This document shows positions 49,546 through 64,000 of a DNA stretch of 64,000 nucleotides, in pieces. Each line of letters opens with the position of its first letter. Position 1 is the first letter of the stretch. The stretch spans positions 13,578,001 through 13,642,000 of the forward strand of contig OZ024760.1 of NCBI GenBank assembly GCA_964016885.1, read 5' to 3'. Source of the stretch: Eledone cirrhosa (Eukaryota). The notes under the pieces are model-generated. The model worked only from the letters and a program-made list of their open reading frames with translations. It had not been told where the DNA came from and did not search any database. The position numbers and the translations under genes are program-made.

Positions 49546-51636
49546 ACCAGCATCCCAGAATGCCTAGCGACCGACGTCAGCGCTGCTACCTAGTTCCGGT
49601 TGTAGTGGCGGTGTCTGAAGCTGTGTTTAGTGGAACATCTGGGAAAAAAGGAAGACTTACATTACAACAACCATTACCACTACGGGATATTATTATTATT
49701 ATGTCGACAATATTACAGTAAAGGAGGAGAAAGAAGCTGGCAATGGCAGTAAGTACGAATGGCACTGGTTTTATTTTTAGCTGGTTTATATGCTATGTCT
49801 CTTTCACTTGTCTCTTTCATTGTTGCTGTTGTTAATTGACTTTCTTTTGTGTGTATAAAGGAGAGACAGATATGTATATATATATAGAGAGAGACAGGGG
49901 TAGAGATAAACATATATATATATAAAGATATGCATATAGAAATAAACAGACACAAAAATAGACGTAGAGAGAGAGAGAAAGAAACAGACACAGTGAGAGA
50001 GAAAGAGAACGAAACAGACACGGTGAGAGAGAGAGAGAGAGAAAGAAACAGTACAGTGAGAGAGAGAGAGACAGAAACAGACACAGTGAGAGAGAGAGAG
50101 ACAGAAACAGACACGGTGAGAGAGAGAGAGAAAAAGAAACAGACACGGTGAGAGAGAGAGAGATATAGAAAAAGAAACAAAAACGGTGAGAGAGAGAGAG
50201 TCTTGCAAGGAGAGAGAGGGAGAAAGAAACAGGCACGGTGAAAGAGATAGAGAGAGTCTTGCAAGAAAAGAGAGAGAAAGAAAGAAAGAGAGGTCGCCAT
50301 CTCGGATTTTTTCCTTACACGATCATGTTACTCTCTCCTCTTCTCTGTATTCCATCTCTGCAAGAAATAGCAGTTAAATGTCCCTCCAATTACCTCAACT
50401 TAAAAAGAGAAAATCTGAATTTAAAAAGACGACACATCGGACGACAATACAAATGTTAGAAATAAAAGAAGAAATAATCTGGAACACCTTTATTGAGAAC
50501 TTACCTGGGGCTTGACAGTAAAATGACAATCTCTCTCTCTCTCTCACACTCTGTCTCTCTCTCTCTCTCTCTCCCCACGATCACCACCTCTTATATTTCA
50601 TTATAATGTTCGTATTCCAGCTCTGACTCCATTTAATGTTACACGACAAAAAACGGTTAGTCTTTCTAAACCACTCCACCATTTCCAACTGTGTTACACC
50701 ACCACCACCTTCACACACTTAATGATATTACATTCTCTCTCTCTCACCTTTTCTTCCTTTATAATACCTTCATTTCTTCTCCTTACATGACAGTCCTACT
50801 CTCTCTCTCTCTCTCCACGACGCCGCCACCACCACCACCTTCATTACTCCTTACCTGACAACATTACTCGCTCCCTCTCCACTACCTTCATTTTTATTTG
50901 CATGACAAGCTCTCTCTCTACCACCGCCCCCATCATCTTCATTACTCCTTGCACGAACACATTACTCTCTCTTTTTCTTTTCACCATCTTCATTTTTCCT
51001 CGCATAACATTCTCCCCTCCCCTCTCCACCACCACCACCTTGGTCATTTCTCCTTGCATAACAACATTACTCTTTCTTCCTCTCTCTCTCCTTCCTATCA
51101 AGTCTTACTCTCTAACTCTCTACTTCACGCGACTATTACTTCTCCCTCTCCCCACCTCCACCACTGTGTCAATCGCTATTTCCTCTCCCCACCTTCACCA
51201 TGTATTTACTGTTATTTCCATTTTACGTTTCTCTCCATCACCACCATGTGTTTACTGTGATTTCCTTGTCTCTCTCTCCACCACCACTATGTATATCTCT
51301 CCCCCACCACCACGTATATATCTCTCCACCACCACCACTATGTATATCTCTCCCCCACCACCACCATGTGTATATCTCTCCACCACCACCACGTATATCA
51401 CTCTCGCCCCACCATCGCCGCCACCACGTATATCTCTCTCGCCCTACCATCGCCGCCACCCTGTATATATCTCTGCTCCACCTCCACCATCACTCCTAAC
51501 GACAATATCATCACTTCCCCTCCTATCCACCCCCATCCATCAACGCTTCTTCTTACACGGCAGCGATTCTTTATCCTTTGCTATCATCGAATAACAACTG
51601 TTACACCTGGTCTGTGTACGTGCGGGCGCCTCGTAG

Positions 51637-51671
<35 letters not shown>

Positions 51672-51879
51672 GCACACACACATACTATAGCTGTGTGTAT
51701 GTTTATAATATGTGTATGTATATAATGTAAGTGTATATTTGTAGATAGTGTGTGTGTATTATGTGTGTGTATATAGGTATGTATATATTTGTATATGTAT
51801 GTATGTCATTGAAAATATGCATGTGATCATTTTTATAGTCATGTGTACCTGTATATATACACCCCTCTCTCTCTCTCTC

Positions 51880-51949
<70 letters not shown>

Positions 51950-52184
51950 ATATATATATATGAGAGAGAGAGATGTTTTGCCACATAAAAAAAAGAAAAA
52001 AAACGGTTAACTGGAACTAGATTTAATTTTTCTTTTATGGGAAGGATGAGATATTTGCTTGATCTGGAAGAAGGGGCTGTATCTAATGACCTTTGCAGGC
52101 CCTTCGATTTTTCATCAAGTACACCTTTTTAACTCCTCCACATACATACAACAAACACACACGCGCACATGTATATATGTATGT

Positions 52185-52302
<118 letters not shown>

Positions 52303-52668
52303 TAAAATAACCAGATTAAATAACATTAAATTATTTCATTGATTTTTCATCAAGTACATTGATTTACGTACTTTTCTATCAATACAGTAAGATGTTCCAT
52401 TATTTTCCTCTGTATTGATTTCTGCAGAATCTATTAAACAATATAAATAACATTTACCAGTTTTTGCCAGACATTATATAGTTTTTTCGTTGTTTTTGGT
52501 ATTGTATGGCTGGGTTTTGCCTGCCGTAATTTTTAATTTGTCAAGCTATCTAAACGTTTGTTATTACTCTGAGGGCCTACCCGTATTGAGTGCTTTGCTA
52601 CTCATTCCTAATTGTAGGTCGATTTTGCTTGGCCACAGCCAAAGCTTCGATTTTACTAAGCTTCCACT

Positions 52669-52761
<93 letters not shown>

Positions 52762-53249
52762 ATGAAGTTTTTGACGGTACTGGCCCACAGAGTCAGATAC
52801 CCCAGTGAGAGAATATGCTCCGAAATCATTAGACGTGTCCGTCGAACCTGCGGGTCCAGAATCAGACAGATCCACACAATGATCGCGTCTCAAGCTGTCC
52901 GCCGGCGAAACAATTGTAACACACAATAAATTGAGTTCAGATGCATCACTGATTTTTCGTTTTCTATTATATCATACTCTGCTCTGTAAGAGCATAGAGT
53001 GCTCAACCGTCATACCGCCTATGGAAGCATCTTAGCTACCATCAGACACACACACAAGTATATGTAATGCATGACTATTCAGCCATTAAAACGTTTCTTC
53101 TTACGTTATAACAGTCATATGTTTCTATGGTAGACGTTATTTTGTTGCTCCATTCTTCTGTTTACTTACAAAGTCTGCAACAATGTTTAAATATCTATTT
53201 TACTTGTGCAACAGATCCCCCCCCCCCCACACACACACACATATACATA

Positions 53250-53325
53250 CAGGGTGTCCTCCAAAAAATGTATACACACTTCAACAACATTCTAATAAAT
53301 ATGTGTATACATTTTTGGAACACTG
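53250..53325. mobile_element. Tc1/mariner-like mini-MITE
   Basis: TA-cagggtgtcctccaaaaaatgtatacaca ... tgtgtatacatttttggaacactg-TA. Confidence 0.7.
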
Positions 53326-53769
53326 TATATATGTGTGCATTTGTACACATATATATATACTGTGTGTGTATGTATATATCTATACACACATGTGAGTATA
53401 TATATATATATATGCATGTGAGAATTTATATATATATATATCTTCGTTACATCGTCTTACTAGGTGAAACTGGAGAATAGATCGACCCCCTATAAGCTAG
53501 TTGCTACCCCCTTTTTACAGAACCTGCCAGGGACACAGAAAAAGCTGCATCTATCTAGAAATGTTTGCCCTCCACCCCACCGTCCATGGCTCATCATCAT
53601 CATCATCACCATCTTTATATACTGGATCATGTTCATCATAAATTGTTTGTTCAAAAATGTCACATTGTCATCTTTTCTCGTGCTTGACTGGAATAAAAGA
53701 CTATACACACATTAACACACATACATAGATTATATATATATATATATACATATATAATCTATGTATATA

Positions 53770-54212
53770 TGTAGTGACGTGGTTAGTGGGTCTTGTCACT
53801 ACTTCTGATCGGATCTGAGAATAGCCCTTAAAAGGACTGTTATCTCATACGGTAAGGATGGACAGACGAAGGAAGAAGTTGAAAGGACGAGCAGGCAAGA
53901 GATGTAGTTTCGTTCAACGATTTATTCCATACATCAAGCGACGATACAGAGGTACAAGGCGTGTGTGAGTGACAGGTGTGGCAGAGGAGAGACACAACGC
54001 TAGCTGACTCTGCCAAAGGTTGACTCCCGAAAGTGTTTGGAATCACTCTATTTATACAAAAATAATTATTTGATGTTTAGCCGCTGTGTAGGTGTTTTAT
54101 TTTGGTGGCCTAAGGGTTGTTTGTTTGTTTCACTGGGGTGAGGTAGCTAGATAAGCAGATAGAGTTGTTTATTTCACTGGTAAGGACAGATGTTATTTCC
54201 GGTGGCTGTACA
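53770..54212 (-). repeat. 3' LTR (443 bp)
   Basis: Starts TGTACAGCCACC and ends GTCACTACA on the - strand; preceded by PPT-like tctggcaggggactaa; first 20 bp identical to 58802-58821. Confidence 0.85.
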
Positions 54213-55129
54213 TTAGTCCCCTGCCAGATCTTTTGTACAACAAAAGAGCGAAATATTGTAATGAATCAGTGGTGCATTTGTCATGACAATAGCCCAAGAA
54301 GTGTCCAGCACGTTGTGAAATTTGGTGATCATCGAGTATAGGATAGTCGATGTAGAGATATGGCAAGATGTGTGTGTCAGGAAGAAAAAAAAACAAACTA
54401 TAAAATGACTTTGACCAGATTTATGCAGGCGTGATGAATGAGCCTGTTGCATTTGGGTTGAGTTACCTGTGAATTACGTGACAAAAAGTCTAACAGGGCA
54501 GTGAAAATAACCGTAATGGGTGAAATGAATGGCCGTAAGCATGTTGCTTAAAAGTAACAGTTTGCCCCAAAGCATATGACTTGAGCGAATGCATGTGGTA
54601 AAATAGTGAGGCATTCTCGAGCTATTGAGTGAATGTGTACGTAAAAAAGAAGGCCGGTGTTTTGAAATGCGTGATCAAAGAGAAAACATTTTGTAGTGTA
54701 AGAATTAGAGGGACAAAATATCTATTGCTCAGTGTATGAACGAAAGGTGAAACAAACATGGTGTGTAGTGTGTATGAAAAATAGAATATGTACACACCTT
54801 GTATGTATATAAAAATTATGGCAATTACACAATTAATATTGCAGAACATGGAAAATAAAAAAAAATTAAAATGTTTGCAAAACAAGAGAGAGAAAAAAAA
54901 AATGCTATACACAATGTTTGTTCTTAAATAGTGTTTGTAATAGATAATGTTCATAATAAATAATGTTCTTCGTGACGATGACAACATGAGCACATGGTCA
55001 CTAAAAATTGCAATTGTTCAAGCAGAAAGTTCATTGTATTTGAAACTGGAAATAGTAAACACAAGGAAAATGGAAATGTTTTGCAAGAAGAATGATTAAG
55101 AAACTCACTTGAGGTTAACGGTAATTCAC

Positions 55130-56230
55130 ATATTGTGCCAACTTGGCGGGCCAATGGACACATCGTCCACTTCTCGTGACGAGATGAAACAGGTGGTTTG
55201 CTGGGACAGCAATCTGTTGGAGTTTCTGGTGTAGAAACTGTAACTGTATCCATGGTGGCTTTTTTTAATCTGTCCACGGTGACAGAATTCTGTTTACCAT
55301 CTTGATCGAGAATAAAATATTTCGGATATTTTTTTAGAACACAGTAAGGGTCAGAATATGGAGGTCGAAGATGAGATGAGATGGTGTCGTTTCGAACAAA
55401 AACGTGTGTCCAATCATTAATGTCTGAAGGTTCATGTGTGGCCGTGTTCTGTTGATGGGTGTTTGCAGGAGCAAGGTGAGACATATATTGTCGAAGACGG
55501 TGTACATATGATCCTGGTTCTGGAACGTCCTGAGGAGAGATGGGAGCAACCATCTGACCATGTAGAACCAGGGTGGTGCCGTACACTAATTCTGCAGGTG
55601 TGGGTCCGAATTCCTCCTTAACGGTGGATCAAATGTCTAGAAGGATGAGTGGCAGGTATTCAAACCAGTGGGTCTTGTCTGGATATGCTTTTATTGCAGC
55701 TTTCAATTGACGATGGAATCTTTCCACGAGACCATTAGCTTACGGGTGATAAGCTGTCGTGAGGATGTGTTTACATCCTAACAGGCGAGTCAGTTCCCTG
55801 AAGAGATGGGAGTCAAATTGGCGTCCTCTGTCCGTTGTTATCTTCGCTGGGGCACCATAACGTGATACCCAGTATAAAACCAAAGTTTTAGCGACTGTTT
55901 CCGCTGAGATATCACTTATGGGAAAAGCCTCAGGCCAATAGGAATATCGATCTATGCAGGTGAGCAAGTGTGTGCAGTTCTGTGATGGTGGTAGAGGTCC
56001 GACGATGTCGATATGCACATGATGAAAATGTGTATCAGGTTGCGCGAATGTGCCGAGTGGAGTTTTGATGTGTCTGTGGACTTTGGCTTTCTGGCAGGCA
56101 ATGCAGCTCCTAGACCAGTCGCGCACGCCCTTGTTAATGTTAGTCCACACAAAACAAGCAGAGATGAGTTTCTGTGTAGCCCGGATTCCCGGGTGAGACA
56201 AACAGTGTAAAGCAGAAAAAACTTGTCAAC
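55130..56230 (-). pseudogene. Gypsy integrase (interrupted)
   Basis: HPGIRAT..CIACQ zinc finger, [30 protein letters not shown] (GPY/F-like), terminal TRSGR..HWP in another frame. Confidence 0.93.
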
Positions 56231-56870
56231 GATGCATCTGTGGTACATACAGTCGTTCATGACCGGTAGAAAGGTTGCACCAAATTTGTCCCTGAGAAGA
56301 AGGAATGGGAACTTGCTGAAGCTTGAGGGACGGCGAATCTCGGGGCTTGATAAACTCTTCGTCAGTCTCTTGGTCAGCTGTGATCTGTGGAAGGTCGATG
56401 CCTGAATGTACATGTATTGCGTTCAGCTGGATTTGGGACAGGGCGTCGGCTGCTACGTTGTCTGATTCCTTGATATGCCAAATATCAGTTGAATATTGGG
56501 AGACAAAATCCAGGTGGCGGAGTTCTCTCGGTGAATGTTGATCAGGTTTGGTATGGAACACATAAACTAGTGGTTTATGGTCTGTGTAGATCACAAAATC
56601 TGATCCTTCAAGCATGTGACGAAAATGTTTAACTGAAAGGTAGGTTGCCAAGAGTTCGCGGCCAAACGTACTGTATTTGGTTTCTGCATGTTGCAACCGC
56701 TTAGAAAAGAAGGATAAGGGTTGCCAAATGCAGTCGGCATATTGTTGTAGAATGCCTCCACTATGCGTCCACTAGCAGCGAAAGAGGAGCGCTAGATCTG
56801 GGGAAAACGAACATGGAAGCGTTTGCCAACATTTCCTTCAGGCGGTTGAAAGATGTTAGTTCTTCCTCAT
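56226..56870 (-). pseudogene. Gypsy RNase H (frameshifted)
   Basis: ETKYSTFGRELLA, YTDHKPL, NVAADALS. Confidence 0.93.
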
Positions 56871-58262
56871 TCAGAGTGATGTCTTCCGAGTCCGGTTGCG
56901 AAGAAGGTCCGTGAAGGGTCTAGCTACGTCGGCACAATGAGGGATAAAACGCCTATAGAAATTCACCAAAACGAGGAATTCACACAGTTTCCGAAGTGAT
57001 GTAGGTGCGGGAAAATTGCGGATAGCTTCTACTTTCTCAGGAAGTGGACGAATGCCGTCTTTATCAATGATGTGCCCGAGAAAGGACAGTGAAGGAACGC
57101 CGAGAAGGCACTTGCTGGGGTTGATGATAATACTGTACTCGGCCAAACGTTGGAAAAGAAGATTTAAGTGCTTCTGGTGTTCTTGCTCGGAAGTACTTGC
57201 TACTAGCACGTCGTCGATATACGCATATACAAAGGGTAGATCACGTAACACGGTGTCAATAAACCGCTGAAAAGTTTGTGCAGCGTTGCGCAGACCGAAC
57301 AGCATTAGCAGAAATTCAAATAAACCGAACGGTTTCATGATTGCGGTCTTTGGAATATCTGCAGGCTCCATAGGTATCTGGTTATATGCTCGTACCAAAT
57401 CTATCTTGGAAAAGATGCGTGCGCCTTGCAGAGAGGCAGAAAAGTTGTGCAAGTGAGGTACAGGGTAATTATCGGGTACTGTGGAATTGTTGAGTGCACG
57501 ATAATCCCCACATGGTCGCCATTCATTCTCTGTTTTCTTAGGATCAAGGTGTAGGGGTGCAGACCAGTTGCTGGAGGAAGGGCAAATGATTCCAAGGTCC
57601 AGCATGTGCTGAAACTCCTGTTTGGCAATTCTCAATCGGTCTGGAGGCAGTCTCCTTGGTCGGGCAGCTGTGGGTGGTCCTCTTGTCTCGATATGATGTG
57701 TGACACTATGTTTAATAGGTCCATCCTTATATATTGGGTGAGTGATGTCTGGGTATTTCTGGAGAATGCAGTTGTAAAGCGAAGCCTCTGACTGGCAAAT
57801 TACAGGGCTCAGTGTGGATTGCGTGGTGAATATACCTCTCACAGTGAGGTTTGTGGTGGTGTCAATAAGCCTCCGGTTCTTCATGTTCACCAGAAGGTTG
57901 AAGTGGTGGAGAAAATCGGCTCCTAAAATAGTGGTCGGCAGGTTTTCCACGACGAACACCCATTGAAAACGACGCCTCAGGCCTAAATTGAGGGTCAGTG
58001 ATTTCTCTCCGAAAGTCGGAATTGACGATCGGTTCACTGCCTGCAGAAAGGACGGTGTTGGATGTCTTTTGCCCAAGACTAGTGAAACAGGAATAACACT
58101 AACCTGGGCTCCTGTATCCACGAGGTAACGGATGCCTGTCGCTTGGTCGTTGATAAATAACAGACAACTTTTCTTCTCAGTCCCAGGGGTGAACGTCGTC
58201 GCTAGGCCCTGGTCTGCCCGTTTCCCTGGGTGGTATTCTTGAAAGAGCACGGGGCCTTGCAC
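56871..58262 (-). pseudogene. Gypsy protease and reverse transcriptase
   Basis: [50 protein letters not shown]. Confidence 0.95.
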
Positions 58263-58801
58263 TTAGATGCCTGTGCGCCGAATTCTGCTTGATACCAACA
58301 AAGGTTGCCAGACACACGATTTTGACTGGGACTTCTGGATCTTTGACGGTGAAAGGGCCTGAATCGACTGTTGCTGTGCCGCTGGTGTGTTCAAAAGGTC
58401 AGGTTTTCTAATTGATTTGAGAGGGCTTTAATTTGACCAGCCTGCTCTCTGATCATAGCCTGTAGTTCTGAAATCTTGGAGGTGGAGTCTGAGGACGCTA
58501 CGTAAGGGTACGTCCGATGATCAACTTGTGCCACTGAGGCAAAAGGGTTCGACACCTCAGCGATCTTATTCGCGACACTCGCCAGTTCTTCCGGGTTTGC
58601 TGACTCATTGGCCGATGCCAGACTGCCCTGCATTGATAAGGGCAAGCGCTGTATAAACAGCATATCTTCTGAAAGTGGTTGGTCTTCTATCAGCTGTCTC
58701 ATCTTTCGCAGTAGTTGGGATGGTTTTCTGTCCCCCAAATCTTCTGCAGACACGAGTTGGTTGAGTCGTCTCTGCTGTGACGTCGTCGTTCGTTTGATCA
58801 A
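58263..58801 (-). pseudogene. Gypsy gag, N-terminally truncated
   Basis: QRRLNQLVSAEDLGDRKPSQLLRKMRQL..FIQRLP, typical of this gag family. Confidence 0.85.
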
Positions 58802-59059
58802 TTATTTCCGGTGGCTGTACATATATATATCATGCCTTCCGGCACTAAAGGGGTTTGGGACTTAAGCCCCTCCAATCCCTAAACTGTAACTGAAGCTTTG
58901 TGTGTGTTTGTATATACACATATATATATATATACACATGCATGTGTGTTTATACACAGAGATGTGTAAACATCTCTCTCTATATATGTGTATATGTGTA
59001 TATATATATATGTATATGTGTATATATGTATATGTATATGTGTATATATGTATATATAT

Positions 59060-60552
59060 ATGGGAACTCCTATACGCAGCTGATCTAACGCTCATAGCTG
59101 AATCAATGGCTGAACTAGAGAAGAAATTCCAAACAACATGGAAGCATGGCCTAGAATCAAAAGGCCTTAAAGTTAACTTGTCTAAGACTAAAGTTCTAGT
59201 TTGTAGGAAGGAAAATAGGGCACCGGTCCCATCTGGGAAATGGCCATGCTCAGTGTGTAGGAAAGGAGTAGGCAGAAACTCCATTTTATGTCCCAAATGC
59301 AAAGTATGGGTGCATAAAAGATGTAGTGGGATCACAGGTAAGCTAACTAAGAATATAGATTTTATATGTGGCCGTTGTTCTGATGCAATAAGTAGCAGCA
59401 AGTGCCCACAGAATACTAGCTCATTCCATTGCACAGATGGTTCTATAGAAATAATGGACACCTTCCGTTACCTGGGTGACAAAATAAGCAGTGGGGGAGG
59501 GTGCTCTGAAAGTACAGTAGCTAGAGTCAGAACGGGATGGAAAAAGTTGAGAGAGCTTATACCACTATTGGCCGCTAAAGGGTTCTCTCTAAAAATGAAA
59601 GGCAGGCTGTATGATGCCTGCATACGAACAGCAATGTTACATGGCAGTGAGACCTGGGCATTGTGTGCAGAGGATATACGCAGACTGGAGAGAAACGAAG
59701 CTTGTATGGTCCGCTGGATGTGTAATAGTAATATACGTGAAGGGCAAAGCATAAACGAACTAAGGGAGAAATTAGGAATAAGAGGGATCAGATGTTGTTT
59801 ACTCGAGAGAAGACTACGTTGGTTCGGTCACGTGATGCGCATGAAAGACGACAGCTGTATAAAAAAGTGCAGGGCAATAAAAATGGACGGTAGCCATGGA
59901 GTAGGCAGACCCAGAAAAACCTGAGACGACTTGATAAATTCCGACCTCATACACTTACACCTCTCCAAGACAATGTCACTGGACCGAGATCTTTGGCGCT
60001 ACACAGTTATACAGAAGACCCGCCTTGCCTAAGTACAAAGCAAAACCTACAGTCAGTAGGCACCTCTAACAAAATACACCCCCGTCCCACTACCCCCACA
60101 CCATCCACACCACCCCCTTAAATGTGAAGTTATGTTGGTACCACAACATCCAGTCCGAAACAAATGAGGTCATGTAGATGTCACGACAAAAAAAACACAC
60201 AGTCCACGCTGTAATGTAGCCTTGTAGGTAACACGGTAAAAACCTCCCAGTCCACACTCTAAACGTGGTTGGTGTTGGGAAGGGCACCCAGCCGTAGAAA
60301 ACCGGCCAGATGTGTAGATGTCACGACAAAAAAACACACAGTCTATGCTGTAATGTGGCCGTGTAGGTAACACGGTAAAAACCTCCCAGTCCACACTGTA
60401 AATGTGGTTGGCGTTAGGAAGGGCATCCATCTGTAGAAAACCCGCCAGACAGCCCTATACGAGCAGGACAACCAATCTTGCCTCAAGTGGGAAAACTACC
60501 GTCCAAACCCATGCAAGCGTGGGAGATGGACGTTAAACGATGATGATGATGA
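59060..60552 (+). mobile_element. 5'-truncated RTE-type LINE (RT C-terminal half, 3'UTR, (GAT)n tail)
   Basis: WELLYAADL, GLKVNLSKTKV, FRYLGD, RRLRWFGHV; stop at 59922-59924 replaces the Trp seen in other copies; 3'UTR segment duplicated at ~60172 and ~60312. Confidence 0.95.
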
Positions 60553-60594
60553 TATATATGTATATATATGTATATATATGTATATATATATATG

Positions 60595-60626
<32 letters not shown>

Positions 60627-60784
60627 TGTATATATATGTATATATATATATGTATATATATGTATATATATATATATCTGTGTAAATATATGTATATATA
60701 TGTATATATATATATATATAAATATATATGTAAATATATGTATATATATGTATATATATATATGTAAATATATGTATATATATG

Positions 60785-60840
<56 letters not shown>

Positions 60841-61011
60841 AATATATATATGTATATATATATGTATATATATATGTATATATATATGTATATATATGTA
60901 TATATATATGTATATATATATGTATATATATATGTATATGTATATATATGTGTATATATATATGTATATATATATGTATATATATATGTATATATGTATG
61001 TATATATATGT

Positions 61012-61745
61012 TTTCTCTTTCTCTTAATTTCGAGTATATTTTTTTGACCGGCCACCTTCCTGGTGGCAAGGTTGTAAAAGAAAAGAAATTGTCATCCCTT
61101 GAATCGCAAGAATGTTTTGCAAATTTTGAAGGTGCCAGCTATCGCAGCGATTTGTAGACTATGAATTAGGGAGCTGCGCTTTTTGTCCACAAATCCAAGT
61201 TCAGTCATACTTTGGTCCAAGCGGGTTGGTATATAACCCGTAGCACCAATAATGATGGGTATGAAGCTAAAGGTGTATCTTGGATACTGGATTTGTAAAC
61301 TCCTCATCAATGGTCCGTAGATGTCCTCCTTCTCCTGTATTTTTCTGACAACGTTTACATCAAGTGGGCAGCTGATCTCCACAACAGAACACGTTTTCAA
61401 TGTGTGGTCCCAAACTACAATATCAGGCCGGTTGTGCTTTAATTTGGTGGCAGTTTTTATTTTCAGGTTCCACCAGTATTCCTTAGTGCCATCTGTCCCA
61501 ATATATTCTTCCTCGTTTGTTGTTAATTTTGTTTTCCGAAGTGCGTTCCAGATAGTTCTAGCTATCCCATCGTGTCTCATGGGGAGGTAGTAGCGAGATG
61601 ACATTCTTTCGCAGCTGGCAACAATGTGCATAGAGATATCCCTCAAGGTGTGATGTCATAAACTTGTCGGAACTCCATGCCAGGCTTTTTGAGTGGTTTA
61701 TCCCCTCTATGGTCTGTGTTTTACGCCTCAAGTATCCATGCATGT
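61012..61745 (-). mobile_element. R4/Dong-like non-LTR retrotransposon 3' fragment (RLE endonuclease)
   Basis: HIVASC, RHDGIA, NRPDIVVWD..VEISCP..EKEDIY..PIIIGATG; internal deletion near 61630; embedded in (TA)n. Confidence 0.85.

Positions 61746-64000
<2,255 letters not shown>

Larger units (their letters stand above)
53770..58821 (-). mobile_element. Decayed Ty3/Gypsy LTR retrotransposon
   Basis: gag-PR-RT-RH-INT order; TG...CA ends; TATA on both flanks (53766-53769, 58822-58825). Confidence 0.95.

Noticed and set aside
48565-49593. Pro/Gln-rich 342-aa ORF
   Set aside because: Triplet-based minisatellite open in several frames on both strands; no ATG start or splice support
52764-52926. 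GC-richer segment with an open - strand frame
   Set aside because: No recognisable domain or convincing splice sites

Overview
AT-rich, microsatellite-saturated animal genomic DNA; the repeat content looks cephalopod (Octopus-like), which is an inference. There is one host gene, a two-coding-exon class A peptide GPCR (19187-21033, +). The rest is mobile DNA and repeats: a decayed Ty3/Gypsy LTR element (53770-58821, -), five RTE-type LINE fragments, an R4/Dong-like fragment, two tRNA-derived SINE families, MITEs, minisatellites, a ~9 kb (TA)n tract and a 200-N gap. The most notable signal is non-coding. A 310-bp tandem repeat at 37911-38745 carries a complete type I hammerhead ribozyme in every unit and a highly self-complementary body, matching a non-LTR retrozyme that could yield a viroid-like circRNA. 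Other hammerhead motifs lie in short fold-back elements (7127, 22907, 29736, 45708), and all four are followed by the same small hairpin motif. Almost all long ORFs in the track are translations of simple repeats. Repeat boundaries were read by eye and are approximate.
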